Origin: a virus
Lineage: Duplodnaviria; Caudoviricetes
Virus record (IMG/VR): IMGVR_UViG_3300046733_000226
Span: 1 to 26,033 of that record
Length of the DNA: 26,033 nucleotides
Strand: one strand, 5' to 3'
Every line of letters begins with the position of its first letter. Positions within the stretch are counted from its first letter, which is position 1. Made by a program: the position numbers and the translations under genes. Of the stretch, positions 1 to 8,102 are shown in pieces. Below the pieces are notes generated by a model that ran no database searches, was not told the DNA's origin, and saw nothing but the letters and a program-made list of their open reading frames with translations.

Positions 1-97
1 CGCCTGTGAAGGGGCTTTGTGAAACAGCTACAGTTCTTCTTATACCCCAATCAGATGTGGTAAACGCTGGACTTGTTGGCATTGCTATTACTGTCAT
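1..97 (-). CDS. N-terminus of the gene after the tape measure, probable distal tail/tail-tip protein (partial)
   Basis: ATG at 97, 3 nt after the tape measure stop; reads MTVIAMPTSPAFTTSDWGIRRTVAVSQSPFTG to the window edge; position typical of a distal tail gene. Confidence 0.6.
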   Translation of the reverse strand, partial: MTVIAMPTSPAFTTSDWGIRRTVAVSQSPFTG

Positions 98-100
98 AAA

Positions 101-2314
101 TCACCCGAATGCTTGACCGAATGCACCACCGCGCCGTTTAGCATCGACGACAGCGTTCATTGTGTCTTGTTTAAATCTAGGGAGTAATGAAATCATTTCA
201 GCCCTTACTGTTTGTGCTACGCCTGATTGCACATTAATTGTCTGATTGACAACTGTGCCACCGCCGCCCATTGCGTTTTGAGTATTATGTTTATTCATAA
301 TTGACCCAGATGAATTTGGAACAAATAGTTCTGGGCCACGTTCTCCAACTAAATATGGATTGCCACCATTTACAGCACCACCTCCAGCCAATTTACCAGT
401 TTCTATGCCTGTTCCAACATTACCTAATGCTAACCCAAGAGGATTGCTTGGTCCACCAAACATAGTTCCAGCGGCGCTAAACAAACCACCGATCAAAGGC
501 TTTATGACTTGTGCTTTCAATGCATCTGCAATCATCTGCCTGACCATATCTTTAAACATATCTTTCATAGTGCCAAAATTTAGTCTTCCACTCATCACCA
601 TTTGCGTCATACTATCTGCAAATTTATCAGCCGCGTCTCCAAATTTTAATTCGAGATCAGTGAATTTATCTTTAAGATCATCAACAACAGGAACAACTAT
701 ATCTTTGGTAACTCCTAAATTAACTAATGCTCCTTTAAGATTTTCCACTGAACTTTCAGCTTTCTTTGAAGCATCTTCAAGATCAGCCATTGCAAAAGCG
801 CTTTCTGCGAATGCAACTATACCATCAGGGTCATTTGCTTCGCCTTTAATAGCATTTTTTAGTTTATCAACCGCATCTTTAAGTCCATTTATACCTTCAT
901 CTCTGAGCTTACCAGCTTCAGTTCTAGCATTTGCAAAAGAATGTTCCATTGCACTTCCTACAGCTTCAAGCTCTATACCTAGACCTAAAGCATTGCCAGC
1001 GGCGGTTTGCAAACCAAAAGCCTTATCGGACATAAAGGGGACATTTGCCATAGAAGATGCAACATCTAGTAAAAATTCAGCAAATTTCTGTTGCATTTTA
1101 CCTACTGCGCTAATAAACCAACCATAAATTTGATCAGAAAAACCCCTGAAAACTATGGAAAAAGCAGTCAAGTCTGTTTTCATCATTTCAAATGCGGCTA
1201 CAAGTACATCTTTAACAAGAGCTAAAGCATCTCCAAAACTACCAACTTTTTCTTTTAATTCTAAAAACTTCATTACTAACCATGAAACACCAGCAAATAT
1301 AGCAAGTGGTAATACTGTCATAGATACAGCTTTTAATACTTTCATAGCAGTTGTTAAGCTTACTATACTTGTTGTAAATATTGCAGTGGCGGCGGCGTTT
1401 AAAGCTAGGGCGGTGCGGAAAAGAACAAACCTTGCCATTATAACTATCAACATAGCCTCAACAACTCTTAAATTATCAGCAAGAAAGTTTATAGCTGGCG
1501 CTAGTATCTTTCCAATAATATTTGCAACACCACCTAACAATTTCATAGTTGGAACTAATTGATCAGATAGATTTATTAATGCTCCAACTACATTTTTAAA
1601 AGCATCCATTAGTCCGTTTTCAGCAAATGCCCTTCTCATTCTAAACATTGCATCTTGGAACATGGATAAAGTACCAGCAGATGTTTTGGCAAAGTCGTCC
1701 ATTGCCCCATCAGCAGTACCGCCAGTGCCAAAGGTATTCATTAACTTTTGCGATGTTTGCTGTGCAGAGTATGAAACACCAGCCTCAAAACCAGCAAATG
1801 CACTAACACCTCTATCTCTAAATTGATCAGCCGCGCCAATACCAGCCGACATTGCTCTTTGAACATTCGCCGCCGCTTCATTAAATGGTATTCCAAATTG
1901 AGCCGCGATATTACCTGTGACTTGTAATAACCCTGCTAATTCTTCTGCATCACCTGAAGCCGCCGCCAAAGAGCCAGCGCCCTTTTGTATTGCATCCAAG
2001 CTAAATGGAACTCTCGATGCAAACTTTGTCATTTCATCAAAAGCCTTACCGCCCTCTTCAGTAGTTCCTAAAAGAGCATTCATTTGAACTCTTAGGGTTT
2101 CAACAGCCATACCAGTTTGTATAGATGATTTTGCAAATGCACCCATTACAGCAACACTTGCAACTTTAGCAATCACGCTACCAGCTTTCTTAAAAGCCGA
2201 CTCCATTCGCTTACCAGTTGCTTCAGTTTTCTTTGCAACTTTATCTAAATCGCGCCTAACATCGCGCATATCGGCTTCAATTCGAACCAATAGTGTATCA
2301 ACTGTTGTGGCCAT
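101..2314 (-). CDS. Tail tape measure protein
   Basis: 737 aa Ala/Gly-rich helical protein; N-terminal LLVRIEAD, tape-measure-like TKFASRVPFSL region, C-terminal GGAV..YLVGERGPELFVP; follows the tail chaperones. Confidence 0.95.
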   Translation of the reverse strand: MATTVDTLLVRIEADMRDVRRDLDKVAKKTEATGKRMESAFKKAGSVIAKVASVAVMGAFAKSSIQTGMAVETLRVQMNALLGTTEEGGKAFDEMTKFASRVPFSLDAIQKGAGSLAAASGDAEELAGLLQVTGNIAAQFGIPFNEAAANVQRAMSAGIGAADQFRDRGVSAFAGFEAGVSYSAQQTSQKLMNTFGTGGTADGAMDDFAKTSAGTLSMFQDAMFRMRRAFAENGLMDAFKNVVGALINLSDQLVPTMKLLGGVANIIGKILAPAINFLADNLRVVEAMLIVIMARFVLFRTALALNAAATAIFTTSIVSLTTAMKVLKAVSMTVLPLAIFAGVSWLVMKFLELKEKVGSFGDALALVKDVLVAAFEMMKTDLTAFSIVFRGFSDQIYGWFISAVGKMQQKFAEFLLDVASSMANVPFMSDKAFGLQTAAGNALGLGIELEAVGSAMEHSFANARTEAGKLRDEGINGLKDAVDKLKNAIKGEANDPDGIVAFAESAFAMADLEDASKKAESSVENLKGALVNLGVTKDIVVPVVDDLKDKFTDLELKFGDAADKFADSMTQMVMSGRLNFGTMKDMFKDMVRQMIADALKAQVIKPLIGGLFSAAGTMFGGPSNPLGLALGNVGTGIETGKLAGGGAVNGGNPYLVGERGPELFVPNSSGSIMNKHNTQNAMGGGGTVVNQTINVQSGVAQTVRAEMISLLPRFKQDTMNAVVDAKRRGGAFGQAFG

Positions 2315-2532
2315 TAGTCAGGAAACCTTTCCATCAAATCTTCAAGTTCATCCCTTGGCATGGCGGACGGCTCTCCACTGGAATTGAACTCTATAAACCC
2401 ATCAACTGATAGTAAAAATTCTTGTAAACTCATTTCCCAAAAATCTCTCGGTTGCATTTGCATTTTTCCAAGAGCAAGTTTTATCCATTCATCCCAAGGA
2501 ATTTCTTCTAAAGGTTGGCCGCCCTTTCTTCG
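2314..2532 (-). CDS. Tail assembly chaperone 'T' segment reached by -1 frameshift (72 aa; GTA gp10.1-like)
   Basis: Open -1 frame after G GGA AAC: RRKGGQPLEEIPWDEWIKLALGKMQMQPRDFWEMSLQEF...ELEDLMERFPD*; its TAA overlaps the tape measure ATG; not in the ORF track. Confidence 0.85.
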   Translation of the reverse strand, partial: RRKGGQPLEEIPWDEWIKLALGKMQMQPRDFWEMSLQEFLLSVDGFIEFNSSGEPSAMPRDELEDLMERFPD

Positions 2533-2855
2533 TTTCCCTCATCACCATCATCCCCAGTTATTATAAAGGTAATAACTTGAGCTATGGTCATCATTGTGTC
2601 AGTAATTCCGTTATTCCAAACCAGCTCTTGTACTTGTTTGTCTTTAATATCTTTTCCGCTTGATCTTAATACTGGTGTTAAAAAAGCTACCATTTGTAAT
2701 GCAGTTAAATCACCATCTTGCATTGTATTAGCAATTTTAATCACACTTTTATTCATTGCGGTTTCAATCCGCATCATCACGTCCATTGTCACTTTGCAAT
2801 GAAACTCTTGATTTGCTAGGCTTATTGTTAATTCGCCCCTTTTTGGGTTTGTCAT
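2508..2855 (-). CDS. Tail assembly chaperone G (GTA gp10-like)
   Basis: N-terminal NPKRGE motif; strong AAGGAGGT SD; lies between tail tube and tape measure. Confidence 0.85.
   Translation of the reverse strand: MTNPKRGELTISLANQEFHCKVTMDVMMRIETAMNKSVIKIANTMQDGDLTALQMVAFLTPVLRSSGKDIKDKQVQELVWNNGITDTMMTIAQVITFIITGDDGDEGNEERAANL
2532..2538 (-). promoter_or_regulatory. -1 ribosomal frameshift slippery heptamer GGGAAAC
   Basis: X XXY YYZ in the correct phase (GAG GGA AAC, Gly-Asn), 7 sense codons before the chaperone stop. Confidence 0.85.
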
Positions 2856-3060
2856 TCTTGACCTCCTTTATTTTAATTGTAAGCGTTTCACCCCTGCCAT
2901 GTAGGTCTGATACTTCATCAGCCTGATATGTCACCCCATCAGCCTTGAAGCTGTCGCCAACCTCAAGACCTGATGCATAAGGTGCGGAGAAAAACATTTT
3001 TTGACGATGGCCAGAATAAGTAACACCATCTATTTCGATAACTGTATCAATCCAAGCCAT
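2764..3060 (-). CDS. Hypothetical 98 aa protein, possible small beta-barrel
   Basis: AAGGA SD; starts 10 nt after the tail tube stop; last 92 nt overlap the chaperone gene. Confidence 0.65.
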   Translation of the reverse strand: MAWIDTVIEIDGVTYSGHRQKMFFSAPYASGLEVGDSFKADGVTYQADEVSDLHGRGETLTIKIKEVKNDKPKKGRINNKPSKSRVSLQSDNGRDDAD

Positions 3061-3070
3061 TGTCTATTCC

Positions 3071-3496
3071 TTATACTGTTGCGAAGGTTGTTGCTCCAGA
3101 ACTCTCTAAAGAGACTGAATAAGTTACTTCACCATTATATTCACCAGCATACTCAAGCGATGTAACAACAAACTTACCTGTGTATGTTCCAAAGTCAGGA
3201 ATAATTACTTGAAAGTTTGGTATGCTAGAGCCGCCAAATGCAGTTCTTAGAGTTGCTTCAGAAGCCGCGTCTGTGAAAACACCTGACCCTGATATTGAAA
3301 CGCTTTCAACGCCGCCATCTGCAAGCATTGTGCGTACATTTGCACTGTCTTTATTTGTTACATCAACAGTTTCTTGGTTCATGCTGATTGATGTTGAGCG
3401 CAAACCTCCTATTGTTGTGTATGTATCTGAAGCCGCCGAGCCTGTCGGTGTTGCTCCAATCTTTAATAGTAGTAACGAACCTTTTTGAGCCGCCAT
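3071..3496 (-). CDS. Major tail (tube) protein, TP901-1/GTA gp9 family
   Basis: MAAQKG..LLLK, IGGLRSTSISMN.ETVDVT, IIPDFGTYTGKF.VTSLEYAGEYNGEVTYSVSLESSG. Confidence 0.95.
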   Translation of the reverse strand: MAAQKGSLLLLKIGATPTGSAASDTYTTIGGLRSTSISMNQETVDVTNKDSANVRTMLADGGVESVSISGSGVFTDAASEATLRTAFGGSSIPNFQVIIPDFGTYTGKFVVTSLEYAGEYNGEVTYSVSLESSGATTFATV

Positions 3497-3507
3497 GTCT
3501 TTTCTCC

Positions 3508-3912
3508 TTAGTTATCAAACACTACAGCGCGAAATCTCATAACCCCGTGCCTTGTTATTCCGTCATTCTCCGCCAGCGTTGTTGAAAACTCCTGTCTAAC
3601 ATTCACTAGCGATGCACCTGATACACTTATAGCAGTATTATGAAGTAAATCATAGACCGATTTCATAATCGTCTTAATTTCACGTCTTCCCCTGTATTGT
3701 GACCATACATGTATAGTCAGGGTATGCTCTACTGCGTCGAGTGTTTTTGTTCCATCATTTACAGCGGTTTCTTCACCAATCTGAACATATGGGTAAACTG
3801 TATCCTGTGGAATATCATCATAAACTGATATGTTTGCACCTGACAAACCATCAATATTACCATTTAGCTTTGTAAATATTGCTTTCTGCAATTCCCAAGA
3901 ATGTAATGACAT
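3508..3912 (-). CDS. Tail terminator/completion protein (DUF3168, GTA gp8-like)
   Basis: LQKAIF..L, VYDDIP...YPYVQIG, LTIHVWS..RGR.E.K, DGITRHGVMRFRA. Confidence 0.9.
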   Translation of the reverse strand: MSLHSWELQKAIFTKLNGNIDGLSGANISVYDDIPQDTVYPYVQIGEETAVNDGTKTLDAVEHTLTIHVWSQYRGRREIKTIMKSVYDLLHNTAISVSGASLVNVRQEFSTTLAENDGITRHGVMRFRAVVFDN

Positions 3913-4337
3913 TATGCAGACCTCGCTTTTAATCTAGCAAACATTGCTTTTATTTTTTTTCGTTTGCTTTCTAAAGCTGGTTGTAAAAAAGGTCTTTCAG
4001 TCATTTTACTTGTTCCAAACTCTAAATACTTACTATATGCGGCGCGGCTTTCAATGGAACACCCCATTTTATCTGCATCAACTTTGAGAAATATATTACT
4101 TGCTAAATATCCAGTATCTGAATTTGGCGTTTTATTAACCGCTGATGCTGTATGAACTCTTTTGGGATTATATTTTTGATATGTAATACCACTTGAACCA
4201 TGAGATTGTACTGACTGCTTTGCCTCATTCATGACAATTTGACCGCCCAAAGCTATTACTTTTTGCAATTGCTTTTCATAAATCTTTTCTACTTTATGTG
4301 TATTGTTTATTCTCTTAGTGCTGGTTCTTATGCTCAT
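3912..4337 (-). CDS. HK97 gp10-family neck protein
   Basis: P.SDTGYL..NI and YSKYLEFGTSKM..RPFLQPA motifs. Confidence 0.9.
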   Translation of the reverse strand: MSIRTSTKRINNTHKVEKIYEKQLQKVIALGGQIVMNEAKQSVQSHGSSGITYQKYNPKRVHTASAVNKTPNSDTGYLASNIFLKVDADKMGCSIESRAAYSKYLEFGTSKMTERPFLQPALESKRKKIKAMFARLKARSA

Positions 4338-4687
4338 GTTGGAACACCCTCTTCACAGGTAAGTTCCATGTATTTAAACTTATTATCGACATTTATAATG
4401 CCTTTGATGTTGAAGGTTCTTGTAGCCTTTATGCCATCCCTAGAATAAGTCTGATGAATTCTGTTTTTTGTTGTGAAGTCGCTTCTATATCTTATCTTTA
4501 TTAGGTGCGTTACCACTTCTCTTTGCTGATTATCTTCACCAAATTCGTTTTTTCTAGCTGTTTTAGGTGTTATTTGTGCAAATACACTGGCAACTTTAGA
4601 CCAAGCCACAGAGCCACCGCCGCCACCATCAGATGTTGAGGTGTATTTTTGTATCTCTACTCTTGATCTCATTGCACCTATAGACAT
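4334..4687 (-). CDS. Head closure/stopper protein (SPP1 gp16-like)
   Basis: IGAMRSRVEIQ, DGGGG...W..VA.VFA, TH.IKIRYRSD, FNIKGI. Confidence 0.9.
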   Translation of the reverse strand: MSIGAMRSRVEIQKYTSTSDGGGGGSVAWSKVASVFAQITPKTARKNEFGEDNQQREVVTHLIKIRYRSDFTTKNRIHQTYSRDGIKATRTFNIKGIINVDNKFKYMELTCEEGVPT

Positions 4688-5361
4688 TAACCAATTCCTG
4701 ACCTGATCATTTTATTATATGGGGTAGCACCGAACCTTGTAACCTTATAGGGATTTATTAAAGTTGGAATAATTGGTGATAATGAAATTTTTCTGCCCTC
4801 ATCATCGCCTCTATGTTCATACATAAATGCCATATACTGCATCATCGCCATTCTGATAGGCTCTGGAACGCTATTGGGTGTTGCTCCATAACCAGCTACA
4901 AAAGTGACCTTGATGCCATTGGAAGCTCTTATATCGCTTGGGAATGTTCCATTGTCTCTCAAAACAATTTTACCTACATCGCCATATATATCTACATAGT
5001 AATTTGAAGCATTCCAAGTATGTTCAGTGTTATCATCTTTGTAATACTTAACATTTGTTACGCTAACCACTGGGGCTTTTGCTATTTCTATCTCTGAAAT
5101 ATTCTTAATTAAAGATGGGCCAGTTTTCATTCCTTCCCAATAAGGTTCAGGAGTGTTGTCAACATATCCATCTAAGTGCTGTGCAAATGTTGTATTAATT
5201 AAAGCTCTGCCTGTATAATTTTCAGCCCAAATTCTGGATGCAGTAATATAAGAACGTACTTGGCTGTCATCTATATCATCATCCAACCTAAGTTGCTCAC
5301 GCGCTTCAATACGGCTGATAGGCTCTATAGTAGGCCCAGTGACTATTTCTAAACCTGACAT
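4687..5361 (-). CDS. Head-tail connector/adaptor (phiE125 gp8 / GTA gp6-like)
   Basis: P..EPIS..EA...LR.D, AENYTGRALI, VTFVAGYG....VPEPIR.A....A..YEHR. Confidence 0.9.
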   Translation of the reverse strand: MSGLEIVTGPTIEPISRIEAREQLRLDDDIDDSQVRSYITASRIWAENYTGRALINTTFAQHLDGYVDNTPEPYWEGMKTGPSLIKNISEIEIAKAPVVSVTNVKYYKDDNTEHTWNASNYYVDIYGDVGKIVLRDNGTFPSDIRASNGIKVTFVAGYGATPNSVPEPIRMAMMQYMAFMYEHRGDDEGRKISLSPIIPTLINPYKVTRFGATPYNKMIRSGIG

Positions 5362-5378
5362 TCGCCAATCCCCTTTAT

Positions 5379-5681
5379 CTATTTACTTTTTTTTGCTTTT
5401 GCTGGTGACTTCCCACCAACCCAAGCCTCATTTACATCTGGTGTAGATGGGTCATCAGCCTTTAACTTTCCAGATACAGTTCTAGCTCTAACAGCTTTAG
5501 TTTCTGTCGGCCCTGCATTTCCACCTATTTCATGAGCCACACCCATGTCTATGAAGCCTTTAAAAATTTCGTCTTGCCACTTACCTTGCGACTTATATTC
5601 TTTACCAATTTCGAATGTTGCTGTCTCCGCACCATCTTCTCTGGTAATTCCAATTGATGATTTAATCATAGTAATTTTCAT
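5379..5681 (-). CDS. Hypothetical 100 aa protein after the capsid gene
   Basis: AAGGGAG SD; C-terminal ADDPSTPDVNEAW segment and basic tail. Confidence 0.75.
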   Translation of the reverse strand: MKITMIKSSIGITREDGAETATFEIGKEYKSQGKWQDEIFKGFIDMGVAHEIGGNAGPTETKAVRARTVSGKLKADDPSTPDVNEAWVGGKSPAKAKKSK

Positions 5682-5702
5682 CTGGGTACTCCCTTATTGA
5701 AA

Positions 5703-5726
5703 GTTGGGGGGCGCAAACCCCCCGAC
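5703..5726 (-). terminator. G6/C6 hairpin after the major capsid gene (weak terminator/attenuator)
   Basis: Minus strand GGGGGG-TTTGCG-CCCCCC then AACTTTC, directly after the MCP stop; short U tract. Confidence 0.6.
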
Positions 5727-5731
5727 CATTT

Positions 5732-6955
5732 TTATGATGTAGCGTGCTTTAGAACGCGCATTGCTTCTGCCAATACAACTTCACCACCAACACGACGACG
5801 AGCTATATAACGCACGTTTCCTGTTGAAGCTTGTGAGTATGGGTCACGCAATACTGATAAAGATACACGATCAACAATCATGTAACCTCGTCTGAAGTCA
5901 CCATAATATACTGATTTTGCACCAGAAGCCGCATCAGCAACATCAGGACACTCAAGATATGGTGAACCTAAGATTGTGTTTGGCAAGCCAGACTGACCAG
6001 AGAACCCTGTTTGGAAGATGTACTGACCAGCAGTATCTTTCAATTTGCGGATTACACCTAGTGTAGTGCGATTTAGCAAGAATGTAGCATTACGTGCATA
6101 ATCTGTTTTCAAGCCATGAACCAAATCCATTAGGTTATCTGTAGAAATAGCCGCTGAAGCCGCACCAGTTGCTGTATGAGCTACTGTATTTCCGTTTGAT
6201 ATACCTGTTGGTTTGTTTGTGCCATTACCAGCAATGAACGCCGCGCCTTCAGCTTTTGCAAACTGTTCAGCGAATTCAATGTTCATTTCAGCTTCTAGGT
6301 CAAACACGCTATCTTCAAGCAACTGTGATGAAATATCTACTAAAGCATACATTTCGTGAGTTGGGATAGTGTTCAAAGAAGTTGTGTAGCCAGTTGTCTC
6401 TGCACGAGTACCGCTTTCAGCAGTCCAAGCCGCCGCAAATGATGCAGTTTTGCTTGGTACTTCAATTTCTTTGTTTGAAGTTTGACGAATACGAGCAACA
6501 GAACGTACTGGGGAAATCTCAGTGATTACCTTCAATAGCTCTTCAACATATTCAGCTGGTGCTAAGTTACCAGCAGTAGCCGCTGTACCCACTGTTAAAG
6601 CTTTAAGCTCCATTGGGTCCATTTGGCTTTCGCCTTTACGCATGAAATTGTCCCATGCTTTCAATGAAAGGTCTACTTCTTTAGCTTCCATCAAGTTAGC
6701 TGGGCGCTTTAAAAGTGTTTCGATTTCATTTAACTTAGCTTCAAAGCCTTCAGCATGTTTTTGCTGTTGCACAAGCTTCTGGTTAACATTTTCAAAGCGA
6801 TCAAGATCACCTTCGATTTTTGCTAACTTTTCTTCAGTTAAAGGGTCAGCTGAACCTTTAGCTTCGATTTCCGCAAGACGCTGATCATTGGCTGATTTGA
6901 ATTCTTCAAATGCCGTTGCCATAGCGTCCACGGCTGTTTTGACTTCTTCTGTCAT
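5732..6955 (-). CDS. Major capsid protein, HK97 family, with N-terminal delta domain
   Basis: Coiled-coil N-terminus ending ELK|ALT; ISSQLLEDS.FDLE, F.AGNGTNKPTG, YYGDFRRGY.IVDR, LRDPY, RRVGG. Confidence 0.97.
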   Translation of the reverse strand: MTEEVKTAVDAMATAFEEFKSANDQRLAEIEAKGSADPLTEEKLAKIEGDLDRFENVNQKLVQQQKHAEGFEAKLNEIETLLKRPANLMEAKEVDLSLKAWDNFMRKGESQMDPMELKALTVGTAATAGNLAPAEYVEELLKVITEISPVRSVARIRQTSNKEIEVPSKTASFAAAWTAESGTRAETTGYTTSLNTIPTHEMYALVDISSQLLEDSVFDLEAEMNIEFAEQFAKAEGAAFIAGNGTNKPTGISNGNTVAHTATGAASAAISTDNLMDLVHGLKTDYARNATFLLNRTTLGVIRKLKDTAGQYIFQTGFSGQSGLPNTILGSPYLECPDVADAASGAKSVYYGDFRRGYMIVDRVSLSVLRDPYSQASTGNVRYIARRRVGGEVVLAEAMRVLKHATS

Positions 6956-6973
6956 TTTATATTCCTTCCGTGA

Positions 6974-7828
6974 TTAGGATTTAAGGATGTTTGTAAAGCG
7001 GTCTAACGCTTCGAGAACTTTAGGCTGTTCCTCTTTCACAGCATCCCGCTGTTCCAGTGCCTTGGTAACGGCTGATGCCGCCGCCTTTGCCTCATTCCGT
7101 GAAAGGTTTCCTACATCCCGTAGAACTTCCTCCCACTCCCGAATGGTGCGATCTGTGCCTTTTACCGCCTGAACCCGTGCGCGTGGGTTCATTGGGAAAG
7201 TGACAGCAGAAATTTCCATCAAATCGACGGATTTCAAATAACGGCGTTTGCCCTTATCATCATATTCAATACTTTTTGGGTCAACCTTGTAGCCTATAGA
7301 AAGCCCATCAAGCGCCCCCATCTTCATCAGCTCATAAACTTCACGGCCACGCTGTGTACCCATTGCCAAGCGTCCTTTGACCTTCAGACCTCGATTATCC
7401 TCAATGATCTCATCAAATACGCCAATTGGCTCATCTTGTTTGTGTTGGTAAAGAAGTTTTACGGCTTTAGCGCCTTTTCTTCCAATTGATTTAGCGAATG
7501 CACCTTCGACAACAATGTCATTACCAAGGTCTTTGTTACCAAATACAGAACCATAACCAGAGAAAACGCCTTGTTCTTCCTCATCCTTATCCGTCTTGTA
7601 TTCAAACGCTACATCTATTTGTTCACTTTTGATTTCATGATCTTCAACTTGATGGTCAAGATCAACACCGACCTCATCTGTCATTTTTTTGCCCTCGTCA
7701 AACTGACTGATACAAACCGCAATCCGCTGATCATTGCCCGTATATTCACTTGTTATCTTGTCATCACCAACACAGCGATCAATAAAGCTTTGTCGATCTT
7801 CCCCCAAACTAGGTTTTGGTAATGGCAT
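6974..7828 (-). CDS. Prohead maturation protease (HK97/S78) with N-terminal extension
   Basis: FSGYGSVFGN.D..NDIV..GAF, LLYQH, GLSIGY, L.EISAVTFPMN; ATG 7828 preferred because of its GGAG SD. Confidence 0.95.
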   Translation of the reverse strand: MPLPKPSLGEDRQSFIDRCVGDDKITSEYTGNDQRIAVCISQFDEGKKMTDEVGVDLDHQVEDHEIKSEQIDVAFEYKTDKDEEEQGVFSGYGSVFGNKDLGNDIVVEGAFAKSIGRKGAKAVKLLYQHKQDEPIGVFDEIIEDNRGLKVKGRLAMGTQRGREVYELMKMGALDGLSIGYKVDPKSIEYDDKGKRRYLKSVDLMEISAVTFPMNPRARVQAVKGTDRTIREWEEVLRDVGNLSRNEAKAAASAVTKALEQRDAVKEEQPKVLEALDRFTNILKS

Positions 7829-7871
7829 AGAATACTCCAAATAATTGCCTACAATCTAACACATAACACCA

Positions 7872-8102
7872 TTACGGGTCAAAGGCTAGTTGTGTTGGTT
7901 TAAAGTCTATATCTCCAGACCTATAAAGTAAGTCCATTGTGCCATTGACTATTTCATCTACAACTGACTCCCTGAAGTCTAATTTCTTATATAAACTTTG
8001 TATTTCTTTATAGTCATCTTTCGTTATTTCTTCTGATTTTTGCAATAATTCCATAATTTTATCTAAATTTTTTGTCACTAAATACATCCTCCATAAATTC
8101 AA
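7872..8102 (-). CDS. Small protein overlapping the MuF 3' end; candidate immunity/partner protein (start uncertain)
   Basis: Overlaps the MuF end; GGAGG precedes in-frame GTG ACA AAA; predicted helical with an Asp/Glu-rich core. Confidence 0.65.
   Translation of the reverse strand: MNLWRMYLVTKNLDKIMELLQKSEEITKDDYKEIQSLYKKLDFRESVVDEIVNGTMDLLYRSGDIDFKPTQLAFDP

Noticed and set aside
360-1562. Long + strand ORFs (255 and 135 aa) opposite the tape measure
   Set aside because: Antisense shadows caused by codon bias; no SD or motifs. The same applies to the + ORFs opposite the capsid, MuF, portal and terL genes.
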